From the IMG/VR virus record IMGVR_UViG_3300021256_002164, positions 1 through 64,000 of that record: DNA of 64,000 bases. One strand, written 5' to 3'. This document shows positions 19,763 through 30,700 of this stretch, one piece after another. Source of the stretch: a virus (Duplodnaviria; Heunggongvirae; Uroviricota; Caudoviricetes). The notes beneath the pieces are model-generated. The model did no database searches. It was not told the origin of the DNA and saw only the letters and a program-made list of their open reading frames with translations. Numbering within the stretch: position 1 is the stretch's first letter; each line of letters begins with the position of its first letter. Position numbers and translations under genes: made by a program.

Positions 19763-21709
19763 ATGAGCAACAAAGTTTTTGGTATCGATTTGGGTACCGG
19801 TAATTCATGTGTAGCTGTTATTGAAAATGGAAAGGCTACAGTTATTGCAAATGCTGAAGGTAATCGTACAACTCCTTCAGTAGTTTTTATTAAGGGTGAT
19901 GAACGTAAAGTTGGAGGTTCAGCTAAACGTGGTATGATTATGAACCCTAAGAATACAGTATCTTTCATTAAGCGTTTTATGGGTGCTGAATGGCAAGATG
20001 CAGATGTACAAAAGATGTTGACTATGGTAACTTATGAAGTAGTTAACAAAAATAATAAGCCGTATATTAAGATTGATGGTAAAGAATATTCTGCTGAGGA
20101 AATCTCTTCATATATTCTTGCTGACCTCGCAAAGGTTGCATCAGAATATTATGGTGAAGATGTAAAGAAGGTTGTTATTACTGTTCCTGCATGGTTCAAT
20201 GATGTTCAACGTAAGGCAACACAACTTGCTGGCGAACTTGCTGGACTTGAAGTTCTCCGTATTATCAATGAGCCTACCGCAGCTATTCTTGCAGCTGGTA
20301 TGGATAAAGAAGATAAGGAACGTCTTGTACTTGTAAATGACCTTGGTTGTGGTACTGAAGATGTATCTATTTGCGAAGTTTCACAAGGAATCGTTGAAGT
20401 TCTTGCATCTGATGGTGATGTATTCCTTGGCGGTCAAAACTATGATAATGAAATTGTAAATTGGTTGGCCGATGAATTTATGAAGGACCATGCTGGTGTT
20501 GATTTACGAAAGGATCCTATGGCATATGCACGTTTGGTTGAAGCTGCAGAAAAAGCAAAATGTGAATTGTCAACCGCAACACAAGCTGAAATCAATCTTC
20601 CTTATATTACTGTTATTGATAGTGTTCCTCAAATGTTGGTAACCACATTGACTCGTGCTAAATTTGAATCACTTACAAAGCAATATACAGATAAGGTAAT
20701 TGAAATTGCAAAACGTGCTCTTGAAAAGGCAGGTAAGACTTCTGCAGATATTACAGATATTCTTCTTGTTGGTGGTTCTTCACGTATGCCACAAGTACAA
20801 GAAGCACTTAAGAATGCATTTGGTGATAAACTTAATAAGCAATCTAATTTTGATGAAGCAGTTGCACTTGGTGCAGCAACTCAAGCTAAAGCAATTGCAA
20901 ATCCTGAAGAAGGTGATACATTGCTTCTTGATGTAACTCCTATTTCACTTGGTATTGAAGTTAATGGCAATATGTTTGGTAAGCTTGTAGATGCTAATAC
21001 AACTATTCCATGTAAGAAATCACAAATCTTTACAACAGCGGTAGATAATCAACCTGCAGTATCAATCGTAGTTCTTCAAGGTGAACGTCCTATGAGTAAG
21101 GATAATAAGCAAATTGGTATATTCAACCTTGATGGTATTGCTCCTGCCCCTCGTGGAATTCCTCAAATTGAAGTAACATTTGATATTGATGCTAATGGTA
21201 CTTTGACAGTAACTGCTGTTGATAAGGGTACTAATAAGGAACAGCATATTACTATTTCAGATTCTAATACTCTATCACAAGATGAAATTGATAGAATTAA
21301 GAAGGAAGCTGAAGAACATAAAGCTGAAGATGATAAGAAGAAAGCTGAGTTTGAAAAGAAGAATGAAGCTGAAGGATATATCTATTCAGTTGAAAAATCT
21401 TTGAATGATGAACAATTTAAAGATAAGTTTACTGAAGATGAAAAGAAGCAACTTGAAGACCTTGTAAAGGAAGCTAAGGAAGCAATCGATTCTAAAGATG
21501 ATGAAAAGATGTTTTCTAAGAAAGAAGAACTTGAAAAGGTATATGCTCCTATCATTACACGTATCTATCAAGAATCAATGCCTAAGGACCAACAAGGTAA
21601 TCCCCAAGTAGATCCTAATATGTTCAAAAATATGTTTGGTAGTGGTAATTTTGCTACAGGTGCAGATTTTGATCCATCAAAGTTTACACAAGCAAAACCG
21701 AATAATTAA
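19763..21709 (+). CDS. dnaK: Hsp70/DnaK-family chaperone (divergent)
   Basis: IDLGTGNS (cf. IDLGTTNS), [10 protein letters not shown] (cf. DLGGGTFDVS), VGGSSRMP (cf. VGGSTRIP), [14 protein letters not shown], charged C-terminal lid. GC content higher than flanks. Confidence 0.85.
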   Translation: MSNKVFGIDLGTGNSCVAVIENGKATVIANAEGNRTTPSVVFIKGDERKVGGSAKRGMIMNPKNTVSFIKRFMGAEWQDADVQKMLTMVTYEVVNKNNKPYIKIDGKEYSAEEISSYILADLAKVASEYYGEDVKKVVITVPAWFNDVQRKATQLAGELAGLEVLRIINEPTAAILAAGMDKEDKERLVLVNDLGCGTEDVSICEVSQGIVEVLASDGDVFLGGQNYDNEIVNWLADEFMKDHAGVDLRKDPMAYARLVEAAEKAKCELSTATQAEINLPYITVIDSVPQMLVTTLTRAKFESLTKQYTDKVIEIAKRALEKAGKTSADITDILLVGGSSRMPQVQEALKNAFGDKLNKQSNFDEAVALGAATQAKAIANPEEGDTLLLDVTPISLGIEVNGNMFGKLVDANTTIPCKKSQIFTTAVDNQPAVSIVVLQGERPMSKDNKQIGIFNLDGIAPAPRGIPQIEVTFDIDANGTLTVTAVDKGTNKEQHITISDSNTLSQDEIDRIKKEAEEHKAEDDKKKAEFEKKNEAEGYIYSVEKSLNDEQFKDKFTEDEKKQLEDLVKEAKEAIDSKDDEKMFSKKEELEKVYAPIITRIYQESMPKDQQGNPQVDPNMFKNMFGSGNFATGADFDPSKFTQAKPNN

Positions 21710-21771
21710 TATATAAAACTCTCAATGGGATTCTCATTTGAGAGTCCCTATATAAATATATTCAAAAATAA

Positions 21772-22215
21772 TTGGAGGTAATTATTATGACAAACGCTTT
21801 AGATTTTTTCAATTTTGGTAAATCGTCTATTTTCGACAATTGGTTCGACAATTTTGGTATGATTCCAACAAACTTTACCAATTCCCCAAAGGTTAATGTA
21901 AAGGAAACTGATAAAGCTTATGAAATAGAAATTGCCAATCCTGGTTTCTCTAAAGATGAAACAAAAATTGAGGTTAAGAATGGTATTATTACTGTTTCAA
22001 TGACTTCTGAAAGTAAAGAAGGTGAAGGAACAGAAGATAAGTATCATGTTAAACAATGGAGTAAATCATCTTATGAGGAATCTTGGAATCTTCCAGAAAA
22101 TGTAATTGATGACCAAATCTCAGCAAAGAATGTTGATGGGGTTCTTACAATTACATTACCTAAACGAGAGGAAGATACTAAGAAAGAAGAACCAAGGACC
22201 ATTACTATTGAATGA
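21772..22215 (+). CDS. small heat-shock protein (Hsp20/α-crystallin family)
   Basis: α-Crystallin domain ending …AKNVDGVLTITLPK. A GGAGGT ribosome-binding site precedes the ATG. Confidence 0.8.
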   Translation: MEVIIMTNALDFFNFGKSSIFDNWFDNFGMIPTNFTNSPKVNVKETDKAYEIEIANPGFSKDETKIEVKNGIITVSMTSESKEGEGTEDKYHVKQWSKSSYEESWNLPENVIDDQISAKNVDGVLTITLPKREEDTKKEEPRTITIE

Positions 22216-22218
22216 TAT

Positions 22219-22262
22219 TTATTTTGGGTGGGACTTAAAAATCTCACCCAAATTTTTCTATT
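22219..22262 (+). terminator. Rho-independent terminator after the sHsp gene
   Basis: tttgggtg…cacccaaa hairpin followed by a TTTTTCTATTTT run. Confidence 0.6.
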
Positions 22263-22290
22263 TTATTATATTAAATATATTTGAAGTATT

Positions 22291-22926
22291 ATGACAGAAT
22301 TAAGCTTAATTGCACAAAATTATTTAACAGATAAAGGTTGTACATATTTTAATTCTCATTGTTATACTGAAATTTATAATTCTTATTTTCAAAAACTTAA
22401 GAATAAAAATAGAAAAGTATATATTTTAGAAATTGGAGTACAAGCAGGATATGATTTATTAATGATGAATGATTATTTTGAAGGCAATTGTGAAATATAT
22501 GGTTTTGATATTAATATAAATACTTTAGAAGTTGAATTACCTGATAATATTCATATATTTGAATTAAATGCTGCAAGTATACCAGAGTTAAATAAATTTT
22601 ATTCAAACTTAATACATTGGTCAGTAAATAAAATGCCTCAATTTGATATTATTATTGATGACGGTTCCCATGAGTCACAAGATATATTAACATCTTTATA
22701 TTTTTTCTATCTTATGTTATCTTATGATGGTATATATATTATAGAAGATTTACATGCAGAATCAGCAAAAGAAGCATTAAATTATTTAACATTTAATGAG
22801 TCAAATAATATTAATATGGATGATGTAACAAAAAATATACAAAGTAAAACTATACATTATATTTGTAATTCCTATTGTATAGACTATGATAGTTCTATAT
22901 GTGCAGTTTTAACATTTAAAAAATAA
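22291..22926 (+). CDS. class I SAM-dependent methyltransferase
   Basis: Motif I-like VYILEIGVQAG and motif IV-like IIIDDGSH (TylF/FkbM-like O-MTase architecture). Confidence 0.55.
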   Translation: MTELSLIAQNYLTDKGCTYFNSHCYTEIYNSYFQKLKNKNRKVYILEIGVQAGYDLLMMNDYFEGNCEIYGFDININTLEVELPDNIHIFELNAASIPELNKFYSNLIHWSVNKMPQFDIIIDDGSHESQDILTSLYFFYLMLSYDGIYIIEDLHAESAKEALNYLTFNESNNINMDDVTKNIQSKTIHYICNSYCIDYDSSICAVLTFKK

Positions 22927-22929
22927 GTT

Positions 22930-24018
22930 ATGGCAAATAATAAAGATTTATACGAAATATTAGGTTTATCACGTAATGCATCTGATAATGATATTAAGAA
23001 AGCATATAAGAAGCTTGCTTTAAAATATCATCCTGATCGTCAAGGTGGAAAATCAGATAAAGAAAAGAAAGAAGCTGAAGAAAAATTTAAGGAAGTATCA
23101 TGGGCTTATGATATATTAAGCAATCCTGAAAAGAAACAGCGATATGATCAGTTTGGTATTACTGATGACCAGCAACAAATGAGTGGCGGATTTGATCCTT
23201 CAGAAATATTCAAACATTTTATGGGAGGATTTGATAGTATGTTTGATGATGACGATTCTCCTTTTGGAACATTTTTTAATAGAAGAAGTTCTCGTCAACC
23301 CAGAGGACCTCAGCCAGGACAGTCAATAAGAATGCAAATTCCAGTTAGTATAGAAGAAATCTGTAATGGTGTTCATAGAGATATTGAATATAATATACAA
23401 GCAAAATGCTCAAGTTGTCATGGAACTGGTGGTGATGGAGTTGAAACTTGTCAATATTGTCATGGAACTGGTATGATTACAGAAACTCAACGAATGGGAT
23501 TTAGTATTATTCAAAATTCTCATCCATGTCATTATTGTGGAGGAACTGGTAAAACTATTAAATATAAATGTTCAAAATGTAATGGTACTGGATTTGAAAC
23601 TAAAACAGTTAAAGTACATGTTGATATTAATCCTGGATTTGAAAATGGATATCAACAAATGTTTAATGGAAAGGGATATGAATCTAAAGATGGTGGGCAA
23701 AATGGTGATTTACTATTAGATTTTATTTATCAATATGATACTTCTAAATATTCAATTCAAGGAAATAATATATATGAAATAATTGAAATTCCATATTATG
23801 ATTGTATACTTGGTTGTAAAAATAAAGAAGTAACATTACCAAATAATGATAAAATAAAAATCAATATTCCAGAATATTCAAAAGATAATACATTAGTTCA
23901 AACAAATAAGAGATTTGGAAGAATGGGATATATATATGTTATAAAAGTAAAAATGCCAACATATATAAGAGATAAAGAAAAAGAACTATTAGAGAAAATT
24001 AAAAAGGAGAACCATTAA
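22930..24018 (+). CDS. dnaJ: DnaJ (Hsp40) co-chaperone
   Basis: J-domain DLYEILGLSRNASDNDIKKAYKKLALKYHPDRQ; four CxxCxGxG zinc-finger repeats (CSSCHGTG, CQYCHGTG, CHYCGGTG, CSKCNGTG); C-terminal β domains. Confidence 0.85.
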   Translation: MANNKDLYEILGLSRNASDNDIKKAYKKLALKYHPDRQGGKSDKEKKEAEEKFKEVSWAYDILSNPEKKQRYDQFGITDDQQQMSGGFDPSEIFKHFMGGFDSMFDDDDSPFGTFFNRRSSRQPRGPQPGQSIRMQIPVSIEEICNGVHRDIEYNIQAKCSSCHGTGGDGVETCQYCHGTGMITETQRMGFSIIQNSHPCHYCGGTGKTIKYKCSKCNGTGFETKTVKVHVDINPGFENGYQQMFNGKGYESKDGGQNGDLLLDFIYQYDTSKYSIQGNNIYEIIEIPYYDCILGCKNKEVTLPNNDKIKINIPEYSKDNTLVQTNKRFGRMGYIYVIKVKMPTYIRDKEKELLEKIKKENH

Positions 24019-24043
24019 GATTCTCCTTTATTTTTTTAATCAA
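23998..24043. terminator. Bidirectional terminator hairpin
   Basis: aggagaa…tctcct hairpin followed by TTTATTTTTTT, between convergent dnaJ and the first DUF285 gene. Confidence 0.6.
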
Positions 24044-25196
24044 CAATACCTCCACCATAAAACTCATCAAATGTTTTACCTCTCCAGAGCATTTTTACTG
24101 GGTCAATAAAAAATGTTCCATACTTATAATCATTTCCTTTTAAAATACATGGATATTTTACTGATAAATCTCCAGTAGTTTTATCTACTTCTTTATAATA
24201 TTTTTTAAGTAGACTCATTTCATCAGTTGTAAGTGCACCACCTTTATCATTATTTAATTTATTATTTAATGCTATTAATTTAGATTTATCTGATGTAGGA
24301 ATATTTTTTATTCTATTTCTTGCTTCTTTAGATATTTCTCCAAAATACCATACAGGCGGATTTTTTTCTAATGGTGAACCAGTAAATATATTTTTCATAT
24401 TTGTAACACGGTTTACATTCCAATTATCAAGATTTCCGTTAAACTTAGAATTGTAAAACATATAAGACATTTCAGTAACTCTACTTACATTCCATTTTGA
24501 TATATTTCCTTTAAATTTTTTATTACTACTAAACATTGAGCTTATATTTGTAACACGACTTACATCCCAATTTGATATATCACCATTAAGTCCACTAAAT
24601 TTACAATTATAAAACATTTCATGAATATCTGTAACATGACTTACATCCCATTTTGATAAATCTCCGTCATAAACAGATTGTGTAAACATAGAGCGCATAT
24701 TTGTAACATGGCTTACGTCCCAATTTGATATGTCACCATTTTTTCCTGTAAATGCACTTCCAAAAAACATTAATTCAGTACTTTCTATACTACTTAATTT
24801 CCATTTTGATAAATCTCCGTCATATAATGAATCAAAGAACATACGAGTTACATCTTTAACATTTGATACATCCCAATTTCCTAAATCACCGTTTTCACCA
24901 GTATATTTACTATCACAAAACATTCTTGACATATCTTCAACATTGCTTACATCCCATTTTGATATATCACCATTAAATTTTCTTAAATATAAATGTTTAC
25001 CATTAAATAAGCTAGACATATCTGTTATCTGACTAACATCAATATCATTTAAATTTGCATTAAGACCTCTTTCAGTAATAAGAGTTTTAAGTAATTTATC
25101 TAATTCTTTTCTTGTTTTCGGAAAATATTTATATTTAGTTACAGTATCATTATTTAATTCAAATTTTTCTTGTATATATTGATTTAAATTTTTCAT
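24036..25196 (-). CDS. DUF285-type repeat protein (Mycoplasma-type 'WDVSNVT.M..MF' repeats), full length
   Basis: ≥9 tandem ~24-aa repeats (GDISNWDVS.VT.M..MF); conserved N-terminus MKNLNQYIQEKFE; extended C-terminal domain. Confidence 0.7.
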   Translation of the reverse strand: MKNLNQYIQEKFELNNDTVTKYKYFPKTRKELDKLLKTLITERGLNANLNDIDVSQITDMSSLFNGKHLYLRKFNGDISKWDVSNVEDMSRMFCDSKYTGENGDLGNWDVSNVKDVTRMFFDSLYDGDLSKWKLSSIESTELMFFGSAFTGKNGDISNWDVSHVTNMRSMFTQSVYDGDLSKWDVSHVTDIHEMFYNCKFSGLNGDISNWDVSRVTNISSMFSSNKKFKGNISKWNVSRVTEMSYMFYNSKFNGNLDNWNVNRVTNMKNIFTGSPLEKNPPVWYFGEISKEARNRIKNIPTSDKSKLIALNNKLNNDKGGALTTDEMSLLKKYYKEVDKTTGDLSVKYPCILKGNDYKYGTFFIDPVKMLWRGKTFDEFYGGGIVD

Positions 25197-25271
25197 ATTT
25201 ATATTTATATTATTTTTTATGCTTATTTTATTGTTTATTTTAATTCTATTTCTTGCTGATTTAGATATTTC

Positions 25272-26114
25272 TCAAAAATACCATATTGGAGGATTTTTTT
25301 CTAATGATGAACCAACAAACATATTTTTCTTATATTTTACTTTCTCTACATTCCAATTTTCTAATCCTTTACCTGTAAATAATGAACATCCATAAAACAT
25401 ACAAAGCATATCTGTAACTTTAGATACATTCCATTTGCTTAAATCACAATTAAATTTTTTGCAATTACCAAACATATTACACATAGTTTCAACATTAGAA
25501 ACATCCCAATTACTTAAATCACAATTCAAATTTGTACAATCTTTAAATGTAGATTCCATAGTTTCAACATTAGATACTTCCCAATTTTCTAATCCTTTAC
25601 CTGTAAATAATGAACATCCTTCAAATATACCACTCATATCTTTAACTTTAGATACTTTCCAATTTTCTAATCCTTTACCGGTAAATGATGAACAATGATA
25701 AAACATATGCCACATATCTTCAATATTAGATACATCCCAATTACTTAAATCACTATTAAAATTTTTACAACCACCAAACATATGTCTTATATCTTTAACA
25801 TTACTAATATCCCATTTATTTAAATCACAATTAAAATATGTACAATTAGTAAACATATTTCTCATAGTTGTAACATTAGATACATCCCATAATGATATAT
25901 CAATATTATGTGGATCTAACTCTTGAAACAATGATTCCATATCTGTTATATTACTAACATCTATATCATTTAAATCAATATCCTTATCTTTAGCTAATCG
26001 TTCTTCTAATATTTTTCGAAGCTCCTCTGTTGTCTTAGGAGAATATTTATAAGTTCTTTTTGTATTCTTATTTATTTCAAATTTTTCTTGTATATATTGA
26101 TTTAAATTTTTCAT
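25272..26114 (-). CDS. DUF285-type repeat protein, paralog 2 (C-terminally truncated by an in-frame TGA)
   Basis: Same N-terminus and repeats. Ends …PPIWYF*, whereas paralog 1 reads …PPVWYFGEISKEARNRI. Sequence after the TGA still encodes EISKSARNRI. Confidence 0.65.
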   Translation of the reverse strand: MKNLNQYIQEKFEINKNTKRTYKYSPKTTEELRKILEERLAKDKDIDLNDIDVSNITDMESLFQELDPHNIDISLWDVSNVTTMRNMFTNCTYFNCDLNKWDISNVKDIRHMFGGCKNFNSDLSNWDVSNIEDMWHMFYHCSSFTGKGLENWKVSKVKDMSGIFEGCSLFTGKGLENWEVSNVETMESTFKDCTNLNCDLSNWDVSNVETMCNMFGNCKKFNCDLSKWNVSKVTDMLCMFYGCSLFTGKGLENWNVEKVKYKKNMFVGSSLEKNPPIWYF

Positions 26115-26164
26115 TTTTATATTAATTATTTTATTTTTTAATTTTTAAAACAAATAAATATAAA

Positions 26165-26854
26165 TTAATTTTTATACCAAGCAGGAATATGTTTTAATGA
26201 TGAGCAGTTGACAAACATTTGAGCTGGGAATTTTGCTAGTTTAGACACATCCCATTTACTTAAATCACAATTAAAACTTTTACAATCATAGAACATATAG
26301 CCCATATATTCAACTTTAGACACTTTCCATTTACTCAAATCAGAATTAAATTGTTGACAGCCATGAAACATAGCCTCCGTATTTACACACGAAGATAAAT
26401 CCCAATGGCTTAAATCTGCATTAAATTCTTCACAATCATAGAACAAGTAACTCATATATTTAACGTTAGATACATCCCAATCGCTTAAATCAGAATTAAA
26501 TATATCACATCTGTTAAACATACCATTCATATCTGTAACATTAGAAACGTTCCATTCACTCAAATCAGAATTAAAATTCATACAATTGGAAAACATATAT
26601 TCCATATTTTCAACATTAGAAACATCCCATTGCGATATATCTATATTATGAGGATCCAAACCTTTAAATAACTCATTCATATATGTTATTTTAGATACAT
26701 CAATATCATTCAAATTGGCATTTTTATCTTTCTTTAGCCGTTGTTCTATTATTTCTCGTAATTCTTCTGTTGTCTTAGGAGAATATTTATAAGTTCTTTT
26801 TGTATTCTTATTTATTTCAAATTTTTCTTGTATATATTGATTTAAATTTTTCAT
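26165..26854 (-). CDS. DUF285-type repeat protein, paralog 3
   Basis: First ~40 codons and the upstream region are near-identical to paralog 2 at the nucleotide level; same repeat family. Confidence 0.65.
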   Translation of the reverse strand: MKNLNQYIQEKFEINKNTKRTYKYSPKTTEELREIIEQRLKKDKNANLNDIDVSKITYMNELFKGLDPHNIDISQWDVSNVENMEYMFSNCMNFNSDLSEWNVSNVTDMNGMFNRCDIFNSDLSDWDVSNVKYMSYLFYDCEEFNADLSHWDLSSCVNTEAMFHGCQQFNSDLSKWKVSKVEYMGYMFYDCKSFNCDLSKWDVSKLAKFPAQMFVNCSSLKHIPAWYKN

Positions 26855-26997
26855 ATATATATTTATATTATTTTTTATACTTATTTTATTGTTTATTTTG
26901 ATTCTAATGGCTTTAAATTTAATTTAAATATATTTACTTATTTTTAATATTTAAATTCAATACGGGCAAAATAATGAGTTTTTAAAGCTATTTATTC

Positions 26998-27327
26998 TTA
27001 TTTATTATATTTATTCTTATTAGATTTATTTGCAATTAATTGTTTAACTATTTCTTTTAGTTGATATATATAATCTAATTCAAGTTTATGCTTAAGTTCA
27101 ATATCATCTAATAAAAAATTAATCATAGCTTTATATGTTTCTTTAAATATAGAAGTCTTTTCAATATAATCTTCAATATTATTTACATTATGGTCATTAA
27201 TACAATTAACAACAATATTAATAAATTCTTGTTGTTCATCTTCTTTATTAGTAAACCATGTATCTAAAAGCCATAATAAATTATCTGAATCTAATGACTC
27301 TAATATATATTGAGATAATTTTTTCAT
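26998..27327 (-). CDS. small helical partner protein of the adjacent nucleotidyltransferase (putative toxin–antitoxin-like cognate)
   Basis: 109 aa; start overlaps the upstream gene's stop (ATGA). No clear HEPN Rx4-6H motif seen. Confidence 0.4.
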   Translation of the reverse strand: MKKLSQYILESLDSDNLLWLLDTWFTNKEDEQQEFINIVVNCINDHNVNNIEDYIEKTSIFKETYKAMINFLLDDIELKHKLELDYIYQLKEIVKQLIANKSNKNKYNK

Positions 27328-27671
27328 TTTACTAATTCAGGCTTAATATCTATATAAATTTTTTGATAAGTTAACTGATCAATATATTCATCTTTATGTA
27401 AAATATTATATAAGTTTTCTTTTGGAATATTTCCTTTATAATATAATACAATATCTAAATCTGAATCTTTATGTGGGTTTTCATTAATACGAGAACCACA
27501 AAGTTCTAATTCTACTATTTCAATATTATTTAAATCTTGCTTATATATAATATCTTCTATTTGATATTGCGTATAATCTATAATATCTTCTACAGTAGTT
27601 TGACCCATCCCATATACATGATGGTTATTTAATGAAGATTCATATATATTATCAAGTATATCAATATCCAT
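27324..27671 (-). CDS. minimal nucleotidyltransferase (MNT; Pol-β superfamily)
   Basis: LCGSRINENPHKDSDLDIVL matches the hG[GS]x9-13Dh[DE]h NTase motif; 115 aa, as in MNT antitoxins. Confidence 0.6.
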   Translation of the reverse strand: MDIDILDNIYESSLNNHHVYGMGQTTVEDIIDYTQYQIEDIIYKQDLNNIEIVELELCGSRINENPHKDSDLDIVLYYKGNIPKENLYNILHKDEYIDQLTYQKIYIDIKPELVK

Positions 27672-27700
27672 AATTTTATCTTCTATATATATTTAAAAAT

Positions 27701-27731
27701 AAAAAATCCTAACCAATTATGATTAGGATTT
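27701..27731 (-). terminator. Rho-independent terminator downstream of the collagen-like fibre gene
   Basis: aatcctaa…ttaggatt hairpin; T-run on the minus strand. Confidence 0.6.
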
Positions 27732-27751
27732 TAATAGTATAAATTTATTTA

Positions 27752-30700
27752 TTACTTATTTTCTAATATTTGTATTCTATCTTCTAATTCTTTAATCTTT
27801 TTAAATACAGCGCCAACAATTTTACTTAATGCTGAATTATAGTTTACAGAATATAAATTAGTATCAAGATTCAAATCTACTGCTTCAGGAATTATATCTT
27901 GTAAATATTGTGCAATAAATCCATTAGTATTCCTATTATTACCTTTCCAATCAAAATTATATACTATATCATTTTGATTAAATAATTTATTAATAAATTC
28001 TTCTGAAATAGGATTAATATTTTCTTTTAATGATATATCTGAATTTGCAAATAATTCTCCACTTTTAGCATATGCAGTAGAAACAAATATTTGGTTTTTA
28101 TAACCTGCAGAATTACCACTAAAACCTGCAATATATACATTATTTGATCCAGGACTTGCTGCATAAATTTTCAATGCACCAGTATTTCCACCTACACCAG
28201 TTGAACCAATATATACATCACCATTTGGTCCTTGTGCACCTGTTACAGCATTTCCTGCAATAGGTCCTTTTGCACCAGTAAAACCTTGAATAGCAGTACC
28301 TGCTGTACCAGTTCTACCTTGAACACCTCGGTTGTCATCACCTTTAGGACCTTGCGCTCCTGTTGTACCTTGAGTTCCTGGTTTAGTACCTTGTGAACCA
28401 GTTACACCTTGTATAGTTGCACCAGGTTTACCTTGACGTCCTATGTCACCTTGATTGTTTGAACCTTGAGGACCTTGCGCTCCTGTTTTACCTTGAGTTC
28501 CTGGTTTAGTACCTTGTGAACCAGTTACACCTTGTATAGTTGCACCAGGTTTACCTTGACGTCCTATGTCACCTTGATTGTTTGAACCTTGAGGACCTTG
28601 TGCACCAGTTTTACCTTGAGCTGATGGTTTAGTACCTTGTAAACCAGTTACACCTTGTGGACTTATACCTAATGCACCATCGCGTCCTTTATATCCTTGG
28701 TTATAAGAACCTGTAGGACCTTGAGCACCAGTTTTACCTTGAGCTGATGGTTTAGTACCTTGTGAACCAGTTACACCTTGTGGGCTTATACCTAATGCAC
28801 CATCACGTCCAGTATATCCTTGGTTATAAGAACCAGTAGGACCTTGTGCACCAGTTTTACCTTGAGCTGATGGTTTAGTACCAACAGTACCAGTTGTACC
28901 TTGTATACTTAATCCATTCGCGCCATTACGTCCAGTATATCCTTGGTTATAAGAACCTGTAGGACCTTGAGCACCTGTTGTACCTTGAGCTGATGGTTTA
29001 GTACCAGTAGTACCAGTTGCACCTTGTATACTTAAACCATTTGCACCTTTACGTCCAGCATATCCTTGGTTATTCGAACCTGTAGGACCTTGAGCACCTG
29101 TTGTACCTTGAGCTGATGGTTTAGTACCAACAGCACCAGTTATACCTTGTGGACTCAAACCATTCGCACCTTTGCGTCCATCATATCCTTGGTTATAAGA
29201 ACCTGTGGGACCTTGTGCACCTGTTGTACCTTGAGTTGATGGTTTAGTGCCAATACCACCAGTTACACCTTGTGGACTCAAACCTTTTGCACCAGTTCTA
29301 CCTTGTATACCAGGCCAATCACTACCAGTTACACCTTGTGCACCAGTTGAACCTTGAATACCTCTTGGCCCAATATCACCTTGTCTACCTTGAGTATTAT
29401 TTATAATACCTTGTGTTCCTTGACGTCCTTGAATACCTGTATATCCAGTAGGACCTTGTTTACCTTGAACACCAGTTCTACCTTGAACGCCTTGTTTACC
29501 ATCAATACCTTGTCTACCTTGAGTTGTATTTTCTATACCTTGTGGACCTTCTCGACCTTGAGCACCAGTAAGACCTCTAGAGCCTTGTGCTCCTTGTGTA
29601 CCCGTTGGACCTTGAATACCTCGTTTAGTACCATCAATACCTTGTCTACCTTGAGTTGTATTTTCTATACCTTGTGGACCTTCTCGACCTTGAGCACCAG
29701 TAAGACCTCTAGAGCCTTGTGCTCCTTGTGTACCCGTTGGACCTTGAATACCCATTGTACTAGATTTAATACCTGTTCTACCTTGCGTTGTATTTTCTAC
29801 ACCTTGAGGTCCTTCTCGTCCTTGTGTACCAGTATATCCAGTAGGACCTTGAATACCTTGCGCACCAGTTCTACCTTGAATACCTTGCTTAGACGCAGTA
29901 AGACCAGTTCTGCCCTGTATTATATTTTCTACACCTTGAGCACCTTCTCGTCCTTGTGTGCCAGTATATCCAACAGGTCCTTGGGCACCTTGTGTACCAG
30001 TAGGACCTTGAATACCTCTTGTACTAGATTTAATACCTGTTCTACCTTGCGTTGTATTTTCTACACCTTGTGGACCTTCTCGTCCTTGTGTACCAGTAAA
30101 ACCAATAGGTCCTTGAATACCTTGAGCTCCTGTTGTACCTTGAATACCTTGCTTAGAAGATGTAAGACCAGTTCTTCCTTGTGTTGTATTTTCTATACCT
30201 TGTGGACCTTCTCGACCTTGTATACCAGTAAAACCAATTGGACCTTGAATACCTTGAGCTCCTGTTCTTCCTTGAATACCTTGCTTAGAAGATGTAAGAC
30301 CAGTTCTACCTTGTATTATATTTTCTACACCTTGCGCACCTTCACGTCCTTGTGTACCAGTATATCCAGTAGGACCTTGAATACCTTGAGCTCCTGTTCT
30401 TCCTTGAATACCTTGCTTAGAAGATGTAAGACCAGTTCTACCTTGCGTTGTATTTTCTATACCTTGTGGTCCTTCTCGTCCTTGTGTACCGGTATATCCA
30501 GTAGGACCTTGAATACCTTGAGCTCCTGTTCTTCCTTGAATACCTTGCTTAGAAGATGTAAGACCAGTTCTACCTTGAATTGTATTTTCTACACCTTGAG
30601 GGCCTTCACGTCCTTGTATACCAGTATATCCAATAGGACCTTGAATACCTTGAGCTCCTGTTCTTCCTTGAATACCTTGCTTAGAAGATGTAAGACCAGT

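Noticed and set aside
19756-21571. Several 60–80-aa ORFs antisense to or out of frame within dnaK (19756..19968-, 20700..20936+, 21062..21247-, 21219..21404+, 21386..21571-)
   Set aside because: Fully embedded in a strongly supported Hsp70 gene; Lys/Leu-rich translations typical of AT-rich alternative frames.
25255-25275. In-frame TGA in DUF285 paralog 2 where paralog 1 has GGA: considered evidence for an alternative genetic code (UGA=Gly/Trp) or stop-codon recoding
   Set aside because: All other long ORFs, including 2873- and 1772-aa genes, are intact under the standard code with no in-frame TGA requirement. The site coincides with the duplication boundary, so a nonsense or recombination scar is the simpler explanation.
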